Source: Podarcis muralis (lineage: Eukaryota). Taken from it: a DNA stretch of 64,000 nucleotides. A model generated the notes under the pieces. The model was given only the letters and a program-made list of their open reading frames with translations. It made no database searches and was not told the DNA's origin. Below, in pieces: positions 26,223 to 39,763 of the stretch (its first letter is position 1; every line of letters starts with the position of its first letter). The DNA lies in contig NC_135667.1 in assembly GCF_964188315.1 (NCBI RefSeq), forward strand, positions 20,956,001-21,020,000. The letters run 5' to 3'. The position numbers and the translations under genes were made by a program.

Positions 26223-27812
26223 GAAAGAGGAGGGTTTGCCCTGCCAGACATGAAACTATACTATGAATCGGCAGCTTTCTGCTGGTTAAAAGATTGGCTA
26301 CTTCTAGAGAACACTGATATTTTGGATCTGGAAGGGTTCAACAATGTGTTTGGGTGGCATGCATATCTGTGGTATGACAAGGTTAAAGCTCACAAAGCAT
26401 TTAAGAACCATATTGTCAGGAAAGCAGTGTTTAATGTCTGGACAAGATACAAAGATTTACTAGAAAATAAGACCCCAAGATGGTTATCACCAATGGAAGC
26501 TAAGGCTCAGAAAAGACTCAATATGGAGGCCAAGTGGCCAAAATATTGGGAGATATTAGAAAAAGAAGGAGACACATGGAGATTGCAGAGTTTTGAGAAA
26601 CTAAAAGATAAAGTGTGAGATTGGTTACATTATCGTCAAATTAGGGAGGTCTTTAATATGGACAAAAAAATAGGTTTCCAGGTGGAAAAATCGAAATTAG
26701 AAACAGAATTGTTAGAACCTAAAGCTAAGATACTTTCAAGAATGTATAACTTGCTGTTAAAATGGAACACTCAGGATGAAACGGTCAAATCAGCTATGAT
26801 AAAATGGGTGCAAGACATTGGCTATAATATTATGTTTGCTGACTGGGAACGGTTATGGACCACTGGTGTGAAATTCACGGCATGTAATGCCTTGAAAGAA
26901 AATATTATGAAAATGATATACAGGTGGTATATGACCCCAGTCAAGCTTGCAAAAATATACCATTTGCCAGACAATAAGTGTTGGAAATGTAAAGAAACTG
27001 AGGGACGTGCCCAAAGGTCAAGGCTTTCTAGGAAATGATCTATAATGAACTGAAAAAGGTATTTAAATATACCTTCCCTAAGAAACCAGAGGCCTTCCTC
27101 TTGGGCATTGTTGGCCAAATGGTGCCAAGAAAAGACAGAACTTTCTTTATGTATGCAGTAACAGCAGCAAGAATACTTATCGCAAAGCACTGGAAGACAC
27201 AAGATTTGCCCACTCTGGAAGAATGGCAGATGCAACTGATAGACTATATGGAATTGGCAGAAATGACTGGCAGAATCCGAGACCTGGGAGAAGAGCTAGT
27301 GGAAGAGGACTGGAAGAAATTTAAAGACTACTTGCAAAAGTATTGCAAATTGTATGAATGCTAGAATGATGCGGGATATAAAGATAATATGGTATTAGTG
27401 ATATAGTTGAAAGGAGTATGTGAAAAATGGTTTACAGAACAAAGGTGAAGTCAGAATAATATTATGTCAAACTTAAATAAAATGAAAAAATGGGGGAAAA
27501 TTGGAGGCATAATAGTTGAAATGTATAATATGAAATAAGATTTGAAAGAAGGTGAGGCATTGCTGAATAAGATTGTGTAAAAGGGAACACAGAAAAGGGA
27601 GATGCGAGGGAGTCTGGAAGGAGGATTATGAGAACAATATTTAAGAAATTGGTTCTTTTATGTCTTTTTTATGTCTTTTTTCTTTTGCTTTTTATGATGG
27701 GTTTTCTATTGTGTTTTTCTGTTTTTTGGATTGATTGTGATGGTGTTTTTTCTTTTTTCTTATTCTGTTTTGTGAAGTTTGTTTTACTGTTTGAAACTTT
27801 AATAAATATCTT
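26223..27812 (+). mobile_element. 5'-truncated L1-clade LINE (ORF2 C-terminal part plus 3' UTR), inactivated, with 20-bp TSD
   Basis: GGFALPDMKLYY...KMIYRWYMTPVKL...CWKCKETEG...FLLGIVGQ is typical of a vertebrate L1 ORF2 end. It has in-frame stops and a small deletion near 27005. TSD ttaaaatatgtttcattctg at 26203-26222 and 27813-27832; AATAAA at 27801. Confidence 0.9.
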
Positions 27813-28203
27813 TTAAAATATGTTTCATTCTGTACAAATATGCATACGCTGGGGAAGAGGAGATTTTAGAGCTAGAAGAGTCTCTGGGTATCCTCTAGTT
27901 CAGCTGTGCTCAGTGCGGGAATCTTACAACTTCAGCATTCCTGACAGATGGGTGTCCACCTTGTACTTAAATATTTCCAATGAAAGACACCACTACCTCC
28001 TCAGGCAGCATTTCCCACTGTCAAAAAGCTCTTCCCATTAGGAAGTTTTCTGTTAATGTTCTGAGCCAAAATTTGCACCCTTGCTACTTCCACTCACTAC
28101 TTCTAGCCACTGTCTCAACAAATCCCCCAAACATATCAGCCTGTACCATAATCGGTATATCTGAAAAAGGGCAACAACAGAGCAATAATTGAAATATGAC
28201 TGG

Positions 28204-28209
28204 TTTATT
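28204..28209 (-). terminator. Candidate CLN3 polyadenylation signal
   Basis: AATAAA on the minus strand ~600 nt downstream of the stop codon. Confidence 0.4.
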
Positions 28210-28814
28210 GATTGAGCTTGAGACAGAAATTGATCACTGTGCAAAATTATTACCCTTGCCCCTTTCTGAATTGAGCGTGCATCTCACCCTAACAATCTTC
28301 GTTCCCTTCTTCCATATTTATCTATAGTTATTAATGCACTTATGCAGCTGCACATCCCATTTCTGCAGTATCTTCTGGTTACATAGGAGTGTCACACTAA
28401 ATATTCCTCCTCTGCTCCCTCTGCTCAACACAAGGATGTGCTGTGTGACCTATTGTATGCAACATTCACATGTTTCCCCCCTACAAACTGCAGAACATGA
28501 TTTCCCATCCATCTGCGATTGTGTGCTCTGATTAAGCCCTCCCACTGCTGTGCAACATGGGATAAAAGTAGATTCCCATTCAGGCTCAGTTAAAATAAAA
28601 TGCTCTCCAAAAATCAAAACAGACGAGGAAATTAATGCCAAAAGCCGACACCTTAATTCCGCGTGCCTCCTTTCTCCTCTTTTGACAGCCAGAGGAGGAG
28701 GGCATGAGCACATGCATCCCAGTGTCCTTCCCTCCTCCATACTGGGAAATGTACTGTTCAGGAACAGGCATGTGGTAAGTCAAGGCATATGTTGGTCCCT
28801 CTGGGAAGTGGGCC

Positions 28815-29588
28815 TCAAGGGAGGCGACAGAAATGGTTGTGGATAGGGATAGCAACAGCCCCTGAAAGCGAGATGCCCAACGTGTCAGCTATACAAGCAA
28901 CTCCCATAGCAAACTCACGGTGCTCCGGCTTGCTCTGCATTTAGAGGGAGGAAGGAGGAGAGAATACACACATATATATAAATTAGCATGTTTCCAGCTA
29001 TATGGTACCTTACCCGAGTTACTTCCTTCTGCAGTGTTGGATGGCAGGTTGAGAGGAGTTCCCTACCAGGACAGACTTTGCTCGTGTGCTCAAGACATCG
29101 ATTCCATAAAACATATTTTGTTGCATTGTGCAAAATATGAGCAAGCCAGGGCTGAACTGATACTACCCTTGCTGGTACCTTTCCCGGGAAAATCAGAGGC
29201 TCACTATGTCAGGTTCCTATTGGAAGACCGGACAAATGCTAGAACATTAGCAGTGGCAAAGTTTTTATCGGTGGTTGCAAGAACAAATGATCCCTATATT
29301 CTGAACAAAATGCTTGTTTAACCTGGAGGTAGGCTGTATGAATTGTGTATTGCTTTGTAATGATTTGTTGGGTCTCTGGACTGTAATAAAGATTGATGAT
29401 GATGATGATGATGATGATATATATTAGACAGTGATCCTCTACTATGTCTTCTGAAAATGGGAGGTACTATTCCTAGTCACTCTCATCTTTCTTTTGAAGG
29501 CACCTGCTTCCTGCTTCCCTCCCCCAAGTGTCTTCTGCAACACAAAAAGGCTTTGCTGGAGCAGGGGAAGGGGAAAGAGGAGAGCGTG

Positions 29589-29631
<43 letters not shown>

Positions 29632-32600
29632 CTCTAACTGGTTAAAAGAGGTCCACTTGCTTGTTCCTTGCTCCCTCCAAATAAGGGAACTGGCCTCATG
29701 CTCATCTCTCTCAAGCTCTGAGTGATATGCCTTTCCTCTACCCCTCAGTCACGTGACTGAAGTCTCACCCTCCTGGGTGCTCCATTGACATTCTTCCCCA
29801 TTGGGCCACCATCTCCCCCCCACCCCCGCCAAGCTCACCTTTTCACTGATGCAGTGGAAAGTGTTCACGTAACCAGCTCCTCCCAGTAATCCCTCGTAGA
29901 GTACCAGAGCGAAAACTATATAGATGCTGGGTAGAAACATTTTGGACACAGCGACCGAGAGGAACACCATGTTCAGGCACTAGGTTGGAGAGGGGAAGAA
30001 AGAGATAGCATGTCAAGACCTTGACAAGTAGAGGAGAAAACAATAAGGCTAGTCTGTTGTGGAAAAAGGAGCGAAAGGTGGCAGTGATGGGGAATAAGCA
30101 GGACAGGAAAATATGACAAGGGTAGGAGACTTCAAAACAGACCAAAATAATAGACTCGGCACTGCTCTGCAGACATTAGCAGGCAACACTGCCTGCTCCT
30201 TCCTGCTGCTCAGGCAGTTCTTAAAGGCACAACAGGAGACTAGGCCAGCCTATCCAGAAGGACAATTTGCAGTGCAATAAATGTGTGATCATCCTCCAAA
30301 AGGTTCACAGAAGTCTAGTTTTTCTTGCTTCAAAAGCAGGTGGGACAAACTGGTGGAGTCTCCTCCCACTGAAGCAGACCAAACTCCAAGTCATTTGCAT
30401 AGCCCCACCTACGAAGCAGGTGGGAGGAGTGACCCCATTCCTCCACCTCAGAAGCAAAACACAAAGGCCCAAGTTCAGTCCCTGGCATCCCCAGCTGAAA
30501 GGAGCTCAGATAGCAAGGCCTCCCTGCAGACTCTACAGAACTGGGCTAGATAGACCAAGGATGTGATTCCGTATAAGACCACGCGTTCCCTGGCAGAGAA
30601 AGATCACAGTACTTGGATTGCAACATCAACATTACAACAGAAATGGGGGGGGATGAACATGTCTCGGAAGAGCAGAAAGGAATCATTCATGCAGGTGTCT
30701 GTTGGCGAGGGGAATGTTTTACCTGTAACACCGCAAGGAGCCATATGTGCCGAATCCGTATGCAGGTGGCGGAGGAACGAGAGACAAAGACCCCAGCCTG
30801 GTAGAGCATCTGGTACCTATAGGAGGCGGGGGAGGGGGGAATCAGGAGTTTTAGCTCCCAGCACTTTTCTATTCTAACCAACCAACCCAAGTCAGACAGA
30901 GGTTCCAAAATCCCATCTCGTCTCACCTCCCAAACTTTCACTCACCAACGATATTGTTGCGCGTGAGTAAATGGCGCTTTATGGAAGTACAGCAGTTCAA
31001 ACTGAGGAAGAAGAAGACAAAAAGTGGGGGAGGACCGTTAATGGCGATGGATCAGAAGATTTAGCTCCACCTCCCTGGTAAAGAAGTCTCCACCCATCCC
31101 CAACTTTCACACTACTCACCAGGCCCTGGTTGATGAAGTATTCAGCAAAATACACAACAGCTAAAGGGATGAGGTATTTTAAGAGACCCTAGTAACAGAG
31201 AAGGCACATGTTAGTGCATCATGAGAAGGCCGTGAAACCATGAGTCAATCAGGTATATGGTCGCCTTGGGTAATGCAGGCTTCACAAACAGCACCCTTTA
31301 CTACTGGGGTCACATTTGCACCATACATTTAAAGAACAAGGCTCCCCCCCCCCCAAAGAATCCTGGGAACTGTGGTTTGTTAAGGGTGCTGGGAAGGTGA
31401 GGGGTAAACTCACAATGAGGTCTTTTACATCTGGGATCAATGAGAAGGGCTTCCAGATAAAGAGGCATAAATTCCAGGAAGAACAGAGACCTGGCCTTTG
31501 TTTAGCAATTGAATAGCATTCTCCCCGCATCCATTTTGCGCATTATTCACCCTGATATACTCTAGAATAGGGACATATTTACACGCAAACTTATACTGAT
31601 ACGATCTGTGATATGGACACCTTTAAACATGTGCTCCGAAATATCCTACGCCCTCTCTCAAATTAAAAACCAAAAAACCACATGCTGAGCCTGATTCTTA
31701 CCTTGACCACCTGCCCCTTTTCTTGCAGGCTGAGCTGAGGGCTTTGTGCCTCTGGAGGAAGAAAAGGACGGTTGAAATGAGACAGCATAAAACAACCTTA
31801 TTGGAAGAATTGTGAAAAAATTCTGTACATAGCCAAGTGCCAAGGACATTACATGAAGAACTACAGCAATATCTGTGAGCAACTCTCTCTTGTGCTTGGC
31901 ATGAGCACAGTGCATCATGGGTAAAGAAGCTGTGACAGCATTTCTTCCCAGGGATAAAGTCTTGAGATAAACAAGGTGCATTATGGGTATAAATACTTAA
32001 CCTGTCCCTTATATGCAACAGGTGGCACCATAGGAAGGTGAACCCACCAGTAAAGGGATTGCTTACTGTTTTGTAGTGTAGCTTTATTCTCAAGGAGCGG
32101 CTGCTGAGTTGAGGAAGGAGAACGTAGAGACTTCTGTGGACGCTTGCCCCAGCCGCAGCGAGGGGCCCCGGGGGGTGGAGCCAGCACAAAAGAATAACTA
32201 TAGAGAAAGTGGGGAGGAAGATGGTCAAGGAGCCCAGGGGCCTTGAATGATCATTTAAACTTCTACAGCTATAAGCAGATACCTAATATGAGAGAGTTAG
32301 TCCTCACCTGGCCTGCATGATGACCGGAACAATGGTCATGAGGAGGAGGGTGTGCTGGGGGCTCAAGCCTGCCTCTGTCAGTCCAAGGTATGAAAGTGCC
32401 CCTAGCAGGCCAGCCCCACCTGTTCCAGAAGACCAGGCAGACACCACGGCACTGTGAGGGGTGGGAAGAGAAGCAGAAAGAACATGAGTCATAATGGGAG
32501 TGATTTCTGGGTAGCAGAAAGCACCCCCAGACCTAGCGTCATTACCTAATTGACAAATCCTGCACAAATTTATTCTACTCACACTTCAAACCAAACACTG

Positions 32601-35600
32601 GCCCAGCTGTCAATCTTGTCCCTCCCCTCATACATCAGGCCTTTCTGATTTTTATTATCATTATCAGATAGGTATGCATGTTTGTTTAGTTAAATATATA
32701 TCCATCCTTCACTGTGAAAACGAAACAAAAACAAAAACCAGGCCAACAAAGTATCTTTTTCTAAAGTTGCTGGGGTGGTACAAAGCAACTAAGATGGAAG
32801 GCTGTGGAGCCTGTTTCTTCATATCAAAGGCAAAACAAGGATGCTTTGAAACAGGACCTGTGGCTGTATAAAAATGTTATATCTGCCTTCCTCTTTCAAA
32901 GCTGTTCCCTATGGCTGGAAGGAAGGAAGGCCTTGTGGGTTGGGGAACCTGTGGTTTTTCTATATGTTGTTGGACTTGGCCTCCCATCAACCCAGGCAGC
33001 ATGGCCAATGGTCAGGGATGATGAGAACTGTAGTCCATCAACATCTAGAGTGCCACAGGTTCCCCATCCCTAATCTAAAGAAACAGACCACACCCATTGA
33101 GCAACTAATGCATCTGACCCCACTACCAAATCTCCATCCTGCAGCCACTGTGTCCCTTTAGTTACCTGTCAAAGAAAGACGTGAGCGCAAGGAATGTTAT
33201 TTCACCCAGGCCAGATGAAATACTGGCCAGCACGACACCTACAGCAATTAGAAGGTGGAGAAAGACCCAGTCAATACAAAACATGCTGATGCTTCCTTCT
33301 TCTTTTCTGTTGGCCCTCACAGCCGGAGCTTGCTATTAAGAGGCAGCAATTCTAAAGCAAGAGATCATTTATGCTCAAATCACAGCTGGAAAGATATGGG
33401 TGGTGCAATATAAAACCCATAAGCCTCATGCTCTTGCTCCCCACAATTTTAGTCAAATCATGCCTTCAAAGCATGAGAAAAAACAGCTGCAGAGGCTGTA
33501 ACAATAAATAAGAAGGGGGACAAGCTCTCTGGGTTTCCCTGCCATAATCTGAGGACTACCTGCCTGCCCACCCGCCACCCCCGCCAACCCCATCTCCCGT
33601 GAAGATGATTCTTACCTGCAAGGCTTTGGACTGTGCATGTGGAGAAGGCCACCACCAGGAAACTGCCCCAGGCCGTGATGACGCAGATGATAACACGCAA
33701 GCTGTGAGGGGTGGGGTGAGGGAAGGGGGGGTGAGATATAAGATGGGCAAATGGATGAGGCCTCAACTAACCATAAAGCCTCTTGCCATAGCTGTCAACC
33801 TTCCCTTTCTTTGCGGGAAATTCCCTTATTCCAGCGCCGTTTCCCGCAGCTATCTTGGATTGTTAGATATCCCGTAGACTGTCCCTGGGACAGGTGAGGC
33901 TGCTGATCCCTTATTTTCAAATCTGAAAGTTGACAGCTATGCCTCTTGCCCATATGTCACATACAAAGACAACCCCTCGTGACTACTAGGGCTGTTTATA
34001 CATGATACCTTTAAAGCACATTCATAGCTCATTCTTCCTTAATTCTGGGCTCTGTGGTTTGACCCTCACAGAGTTACAATTCCCAGCAACTCTTGGCTTG
34101 GATATTACTTCACCATAACAAGGCAAGTTATTTTTTCGTATACGCTAACAGAAGTCCGCAATTACATAATGTAATTTAACATCTTATCTTTTCCACAGAT
34201 TATATGATTTTGTTCCAAATACACTTTGCCAAATTGTACGTCCATCGCACATGCAAATAAGTTCCCATTTCCGTCTTGCGTTACGAGGGAATTTGGTATC
34301 TACCCAGACGACGCTTCCAGCGATCTGAGCCAACTCACCCATATGGGAGCAAGTGGATACAAAAAGGTGCACTGGATTTGATGAGAAGGGTGGGCAGAAT
34401 GTCAGCCAACAGCACAGCCTGTAGGGAGCAGCAAAGAGATGGGAGTGAGCCAGTAGCTGGTGCCACACTCAAACCTGCCCCTGTCATCTCCCTGCACCTG
34501 ACACTTACCCCCGTGGAGATGGCATTGCAGTCATAACGAGAAGCGTTTGCAGGAACGCTGGGGGGAGTCTGAGGGAGAAATTGGGCACAAGAGATTAAAT
34601 GTAGGAGAGAATAATTTCATCACCCATCATTTCACCATCTGTTTTCCAAGATTTTCCTCATTCCAGTATGGAAGTATAACTTATTCAGTCAGGCATTCCA
34701 TGAACTCAAGACCCACTTTGGGGTTCTGTACTTGGGTCACAATCCCGATCAGGGCTGCCGTGTGAGGGGAGGCAGGGTTTAATCCATGGATGGGAACCTG
34801 TGGCCTTCCAGATGCTGTTGGACTCCAACTCCCAGCAGCCCCAGACACCATGGTCATGGGGGGGGGGGTCACAGGTTCCTCAACCCAGCTTTAACCCTTC
34901 TCTCCCTTGCCATTTTCTTGATTTTTAGAATAGGGGCAAATATCAGCTTTAGGGGGGGGGGTTGGAATGGGGAGAGGGGGAAAAGATTAGGGGCCCCCTG
35001 GAGCTGCTTTTTGCAAAGAAAGATACATGACCAGTCTGAAGTATTCAAAAAATGCAGTTAGAAGTCGTGTCTAGTTTGACCTTTGCAGATTTTCAGACAC
35101 TTTTTATTATGATTTTAGTCCAACTCTCCATCAATGGGTAGTTTAACATGGTTTTACCCTCCGCTCCCCCCATTTTTCTCCACAACAACTCTGGGAGGTA
35201 GGTTAGGCTGACTAACTCCAGATCACCCAATCAGCTTCATGGCTGTGTGGAGATTTGAACCCAGATCTCCCTGGTCCTATTCTAAATACTCAACAGTACA
35301 ATATTAGCACCACTAAACGGCATTGTCAAACATACTGCTCATGTTCATGACCAATGTCAGCAACCAGCATGGCTGGTTTGTATAAGGTTCCCTGGTTATG
35401 TTGCAGGGCCCAGGAGGAGAGTGCCATTACGTACTGCTGCCATCTTAGTGAGCACTGGGTAATGTCACAATCTTCTCGATTAGTGCATGTGCTCACTAGC
35501 AGTGTAAGGGCATGCCAATGCCTTCTTTGCCGTGAACAATATCTGTATGGTTCTGTATATTCCCCATTTATTAGTCCACTAATTTACAGAGCAAATCTAT

Positions 35601-37265
35601 TTGTGGTCAGATCCAACGCTCTGAGATGTTTGCTTTCACATTTGCCTAAAGTTTCCCCTCTGCTTAAAGTAGTTTGATCTTAAAAGGCCTTTCAAATATA
35701 CAAAGGCCCTGGCTAACTAAGAGCTAGAGCCAGCCTTAGTGCAGTGCCAACATCCAAATAATCCTTTTTCATCTTTTGTACACACATGTGATGCACCCTC
35801 TGCCACCGTCCACAGTCCTTTGCATGTGTGGGGTCTAATGCACTAGATCTGGCACACAGATGTTTTTCCATCCCTGTTTTCTATTCATCTCTCTCATCCA
35901 GGCTCAGATACTTTCTCTCGCTTTCTCCTGCACCCAGTACAATCTGTTTCTTGCTCTGTTTTGTACACAAACACTCAAGTACTCCTCTCCTTTGAATACT
36001 CACTGGCTCAGTCCCATTGCCTGCTGGCACCTTCTGATGGCTGAGAATATCATGGGCAGCACTCAGCATTACCACATAGGCAAAGTTGTTGCAGAGTCCC
36101 AGCAACCTGTGGAGGGGAAAGCAGGCAAGTCAGAGCACCCAGAAATGCAAGACAGGAGAGTCAGGGTTATCATATCATTTCTTTCATTTCTATTCTGCCT
36201 TTTTTCCAGGCCAGAGTTCAAGGGGGCATATATAAGGTTCCCTGCTCCCAAGCAGCCTCCCATCCAGATTCAGTTCTGCCTAGCTTCAGCAAGGTTGCTG
36301 CACCGTGCCTTTAGACCATGGGTAGGCAAACTAAGACCCGGGGCCTGGATCCAGCCCAATCGCCTTCTAAATCCGGCCTGTGGACGGTCCAAGAATCAGC
36401 ATGTTTTTACATGAGCAGAATGTGTCCTTTCATTTAAAATGCATCTCTGGGTTATTTGTGGGGCCTGCCTGGTGTTTTTACATGAGTAGAATGTGTGCTT
36501 TTATTTAAAATGAATCTCTGGGTTATTTGCGGGGCATAGGAATTCGTTCATCCCCCCCCAAAAAAAATATAGTCTACCCCCCACCACCACCAAGGTCTGA
36601 GGGACAGTGGACCGGCCCCCTGCTGAAAAAGTTTGCTGACCCCTACTTTCAACTATAGTCCCTTTTGAAAGCCCAGAATGGCATCCCCACACCCTCAGTT
36701 CCCCAGGAGTGTGTGAGAGAGTTCGTACAAATCCGGCTACAGCAAGCCCCACACAGCCCTCCAGTATGTTGCAATATGCTCAGATGTGGAGGATGCAACA
36801 AGGGAGGAGATCAAAAGAAAAGGAAATCTGATCCGTTTAGTGTCAACAGAGCATACAGCAAAATGCACCAAAGCATAGAAAGAGAAACCTGACTTTAATC
36901 GAGCTGTCATTGTGCAAGAAAGAACGCCACAGAGAAGCTGCTTTAAATAAAATAAGAAAGGAGGTTCTGCTTTTGTTCATGCTACACAGCCTAGAAAACC
37001 TGTGGAAATAAAGCAAGGGGGGGTCTCACCAGAAGCCCACGTTGTTCCTCCACTGGCTACAGGCATCCAGGGTGGTCTCAGGCTCGGCAGAGGGTGAGGC
37101 ATCTTCATCTTCCCCTGTTTCTTGAGGGGGTGGAAGAGAATCAGAGTCAGAGAAGAAAACGGGGGGGGGGTGTTGAATGGGAAGGGGGGTGAGAGATGGG
37201 AGCAAAGAAGACTCACCTTCAGAATCACTCGGGATGTGCTGCCACAGACTCCCAGCAGGTCCCAT
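28815..37265 (-). CDS. CLN3: Battenin/CLN3 lysosomal transmembrane protein, complete, 15 coding exons, ~446 aa
   Basis: Exons: 37217-37265, 37030-37114 (alternative acceptor 37120), 36004-36106, 34509-34568, 34339-34418, 33616-33701, 33166-33238, 32308-32451, 32067-32197, 31702-31751, 31120-31188, 30946-31001, 30723-30816, 29839-29979, 28815-28934. Motifs [101 protein letters not shown]. Several exon sizes (80, 86, 73, 144, 69, 56, 94, 141, 120) equal the human ones as recalled. Confidence 0.97.
28980..29419 (+). mobile_element. 3' end of a non-LTR retrotransposon (C-terminal Cys/His motif RLCSC...HILLHC, AATAAA, (GAT)n tail), clade unassigned
   Basis: ORF 28920-29321 shows a LINE ORF2-type zinc-knuckle-like ending, followed by aataaagatt(gat)n; it lies in the last intron of CLN3. 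Confidence 0.7.
29592..29629. repeat. (AC)n microsatellite
   Basis: Direct inspection. Confidence 0.95.
36317..36645. mobile_element. hAT-type MITE (family of 19842-20081) in a CLN3 intron
   Basis: Same termini in reverse; degenerate TSD ctttagac/ctttcaac. Confidence 0.8.
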
Positions 37266-37389
37266 GGCAGGCAGGACAGAATGGGGTAGTGGGGGCGACT
37301 ACCTATAACAAAAATGGGGGGGGGGCATAGATAAAAACAGAAACCATAGCTGCCCTAGAAACTTCTTAACTACACTGAGATATCCTCTC

Positions 37390-37740
37390 CCTCTTGCACA
37401 CACCAGTCTCTCTTTCTGTACCTTTAAGAAATCGGAGCCTTAGACCATCACCGCGTAGCTTTAGGCCATCACCGCCCCTCTCAGTATATCTAGGCGTAAC
37501 AGATCCAAGAAGCTTCCTCTTAAGCGGCTGTCATGTGAAGCTGAAGTTGCCGCCTGACTTTGCTTCCGGGTTTGATGCCATTTCCTGCTCCCAGTGCCCT
37601 CACTTGTGTGCCCTGCCGATAAAGCCATACATTGACGCAAGCACACGCTGGCAAACAAGCCGGTGTAATGAAGCTAGATTTGCCCTCAATATACATGGCT
37701 GCTTTACAACAACAATCTCCTCTCCCGGGAGAGCGTGATT
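37390..37740 (-). promoter_or_regulatory. Probable CLN3 promoter / 5' non-coding exon region (CpG-enriched, ETS-type TTCCGG near 37565)
   Basis: CpG density rises just upstream of the first coding exon, which has its own acceptor at 37303-37304. Confidence 0.45.
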
Positions 37741-39436
37741 GTCAGAAATTTATTGCAATAACGCTATTCATCGGGTAGCTGCAGATATGAACAGGTTCGC
37801 TAATGATCTCTTTCAGCTTCTGCCTTCTGGAAGAGGGTACAGGTTATAAAGACTAGGACTAGCCGCCTGAGAAACAGTTTTTATCCAAATGCGATTTTGG
37901 TTTTAAACGCAGTGTAAAGTAGTCTCTGTGGGAGTATATTGTATTTAATTATGGGGTATCAGAGTTTTAAGGGGGTTAACCAGGCTGGGATAGTTGGGAT
38001 AGCAGGCTTGTTGGTTTTAAAATGTCTGATGTAGATTTTTTCAATTTCGTTATTCTGTATGGGACAACAACAATAAAGATTATCGTATTGTATCGTTTCG
38101 TTATCATTTTAAATTAGGCATTCTACACGAGCACTGTTAAAAGCATGCATGTTTTTAGTGGAGTGACCAATTGCAGAGTTTTGCCATGTATTTTATTTTG
38201 AAACATTTGCATCCCTCTATCCTGACCATTCAAAACACTTGAATTACAGTAGAATGTATATATTTAAAATTATAGCAGAAACCACAGCACCAGAGAAAAA
38301 TCACAAAGTAAACCGGAAACAAAACAGACTCCTTAGTACCTTCCAGAACAGAAACATTTAAAAAAGTAAGTAAAAGTGTGGGGGGCCCAGTCATCCCAAG
38401 TAGGGTTGCCAACTTTGTTCTCACAAAATACAGGACAGGATGGCGGGCGGTCGGGCAGGGGGAGTTGGGGAAATTTTGTTTTTAATCTGGTGCTGAAATT
38501 ACTTCAGAACAATCCATTACAATATATTGCAGCCAAACCTGATGGCCCCTCTGGAATTTGTCACATACACATGAATTTATAAATCTGTCTGTGCTTTGCT
38601 ATCCTGAGCTTAAATACATGACCTTTCATGCACATGCAATTCATGCAGACCAGGGCAAAAAATAAATAAATAGGGGGGCATATTCTGATGAGGGGATGAG
38701 CTTTGCTCCACATGGTAAATTTCTGAAAGAGAGAAAAAATATTATCCCCTACTATGTTCAGATTTTGGGTTTTTGGTTGCTCTCTGAGGGGCAGCGTGGC
38801 ATTCCCAGACTACAGCTCTGTGGATCTCTGTACCACCCATATTTTTCCAGATCAACTGCAAAGGAAGTCCCACTTTTTAATTTAGATGCTGGAATCCTTC
38901 CTGCATTCCTAAATAAAATGGCCCTTTGCAAGTTGTTTAAAGATTCTGGATTGAAGAAGTCTTCTCTCGAAGGATCTTTATATTGTACAAACCAACAATG
39001 AGTTTGATTTTATGGACGCCGTTTACAGAGCTTCCTTGATCTGTGACCTCTCTCTCTGCACTCAGGCCAGAGGAAATAGATGTTATTCTTAACTGGTTCC
39101 TCTCAGGAAACACAACCCTGCAGAAGATATATGCGAGCGATTTGGAGCTGTAACTATTAGTACTCTTCAGGCATTCTAGGCTGCACACCCACCGTACATT
39201 TAAAGCACATGACTCCCCTAATAATTCTTGGAACTGTAGTTTACCCCTCACCAAGCTACAATTCCCAGCACCCTTAGCAAACTACAATTCCCTGGATTCT
39301 TTGGAGAAAGTCGTGTGCATTAAAAGTGTGCTGTGTGTATGTAGCCCAAGCTTCACACAATGTCCTGCTGTGGAGGCAGAGCATAGCCATTGTGGCTAGT
39401 AGCCTTTGATAGCCTTATCCTGCATTTTGAAACATG

Positions 39437-39763
39437 GAATCATAGAACTGGAAGGGACCCAAGGGTCATCTAGTCCAACCCCCTGCAATACAGGAATCTC
39501 AGCTAAAGCATCCATGACAGATGGCCATCCAACCTCTGCTTAAAAACCTCCAAGGAAGGAGAGTATACCACCGCCCTAGGGGAGACAGCTCTTACTGTCA
39601 GAGTTTTTCTGCCTGTTTAGTCAGAATCTCCTTTCTTGAAACTTGAAGTCATTGGTTTGAGTCTCCAGAGCAGGAGAAAAGAAGCTTCCTCTGTCTTCCA
39701 TGTGACATCCCTTAAGATATTTGAAGATGGCTATCATATTTCCTCTCAGTCTCTTCTTTTCCA
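39437..39763 (-). mobile_element. CR1 LINE 3' fragment; another at ~27855-28090
   Basis: gaatcatagaactggaagggacc…tctagtccaacccc followed by CR1 ORF2-end-like sequence. Confidence 0.75.

Noticed and set aside
26250-27364. Three ORFs (122, 126, 109 aa) as host genes
   Set aside because: Fragments of one broken L1 ORF2 bounded by a TSD.
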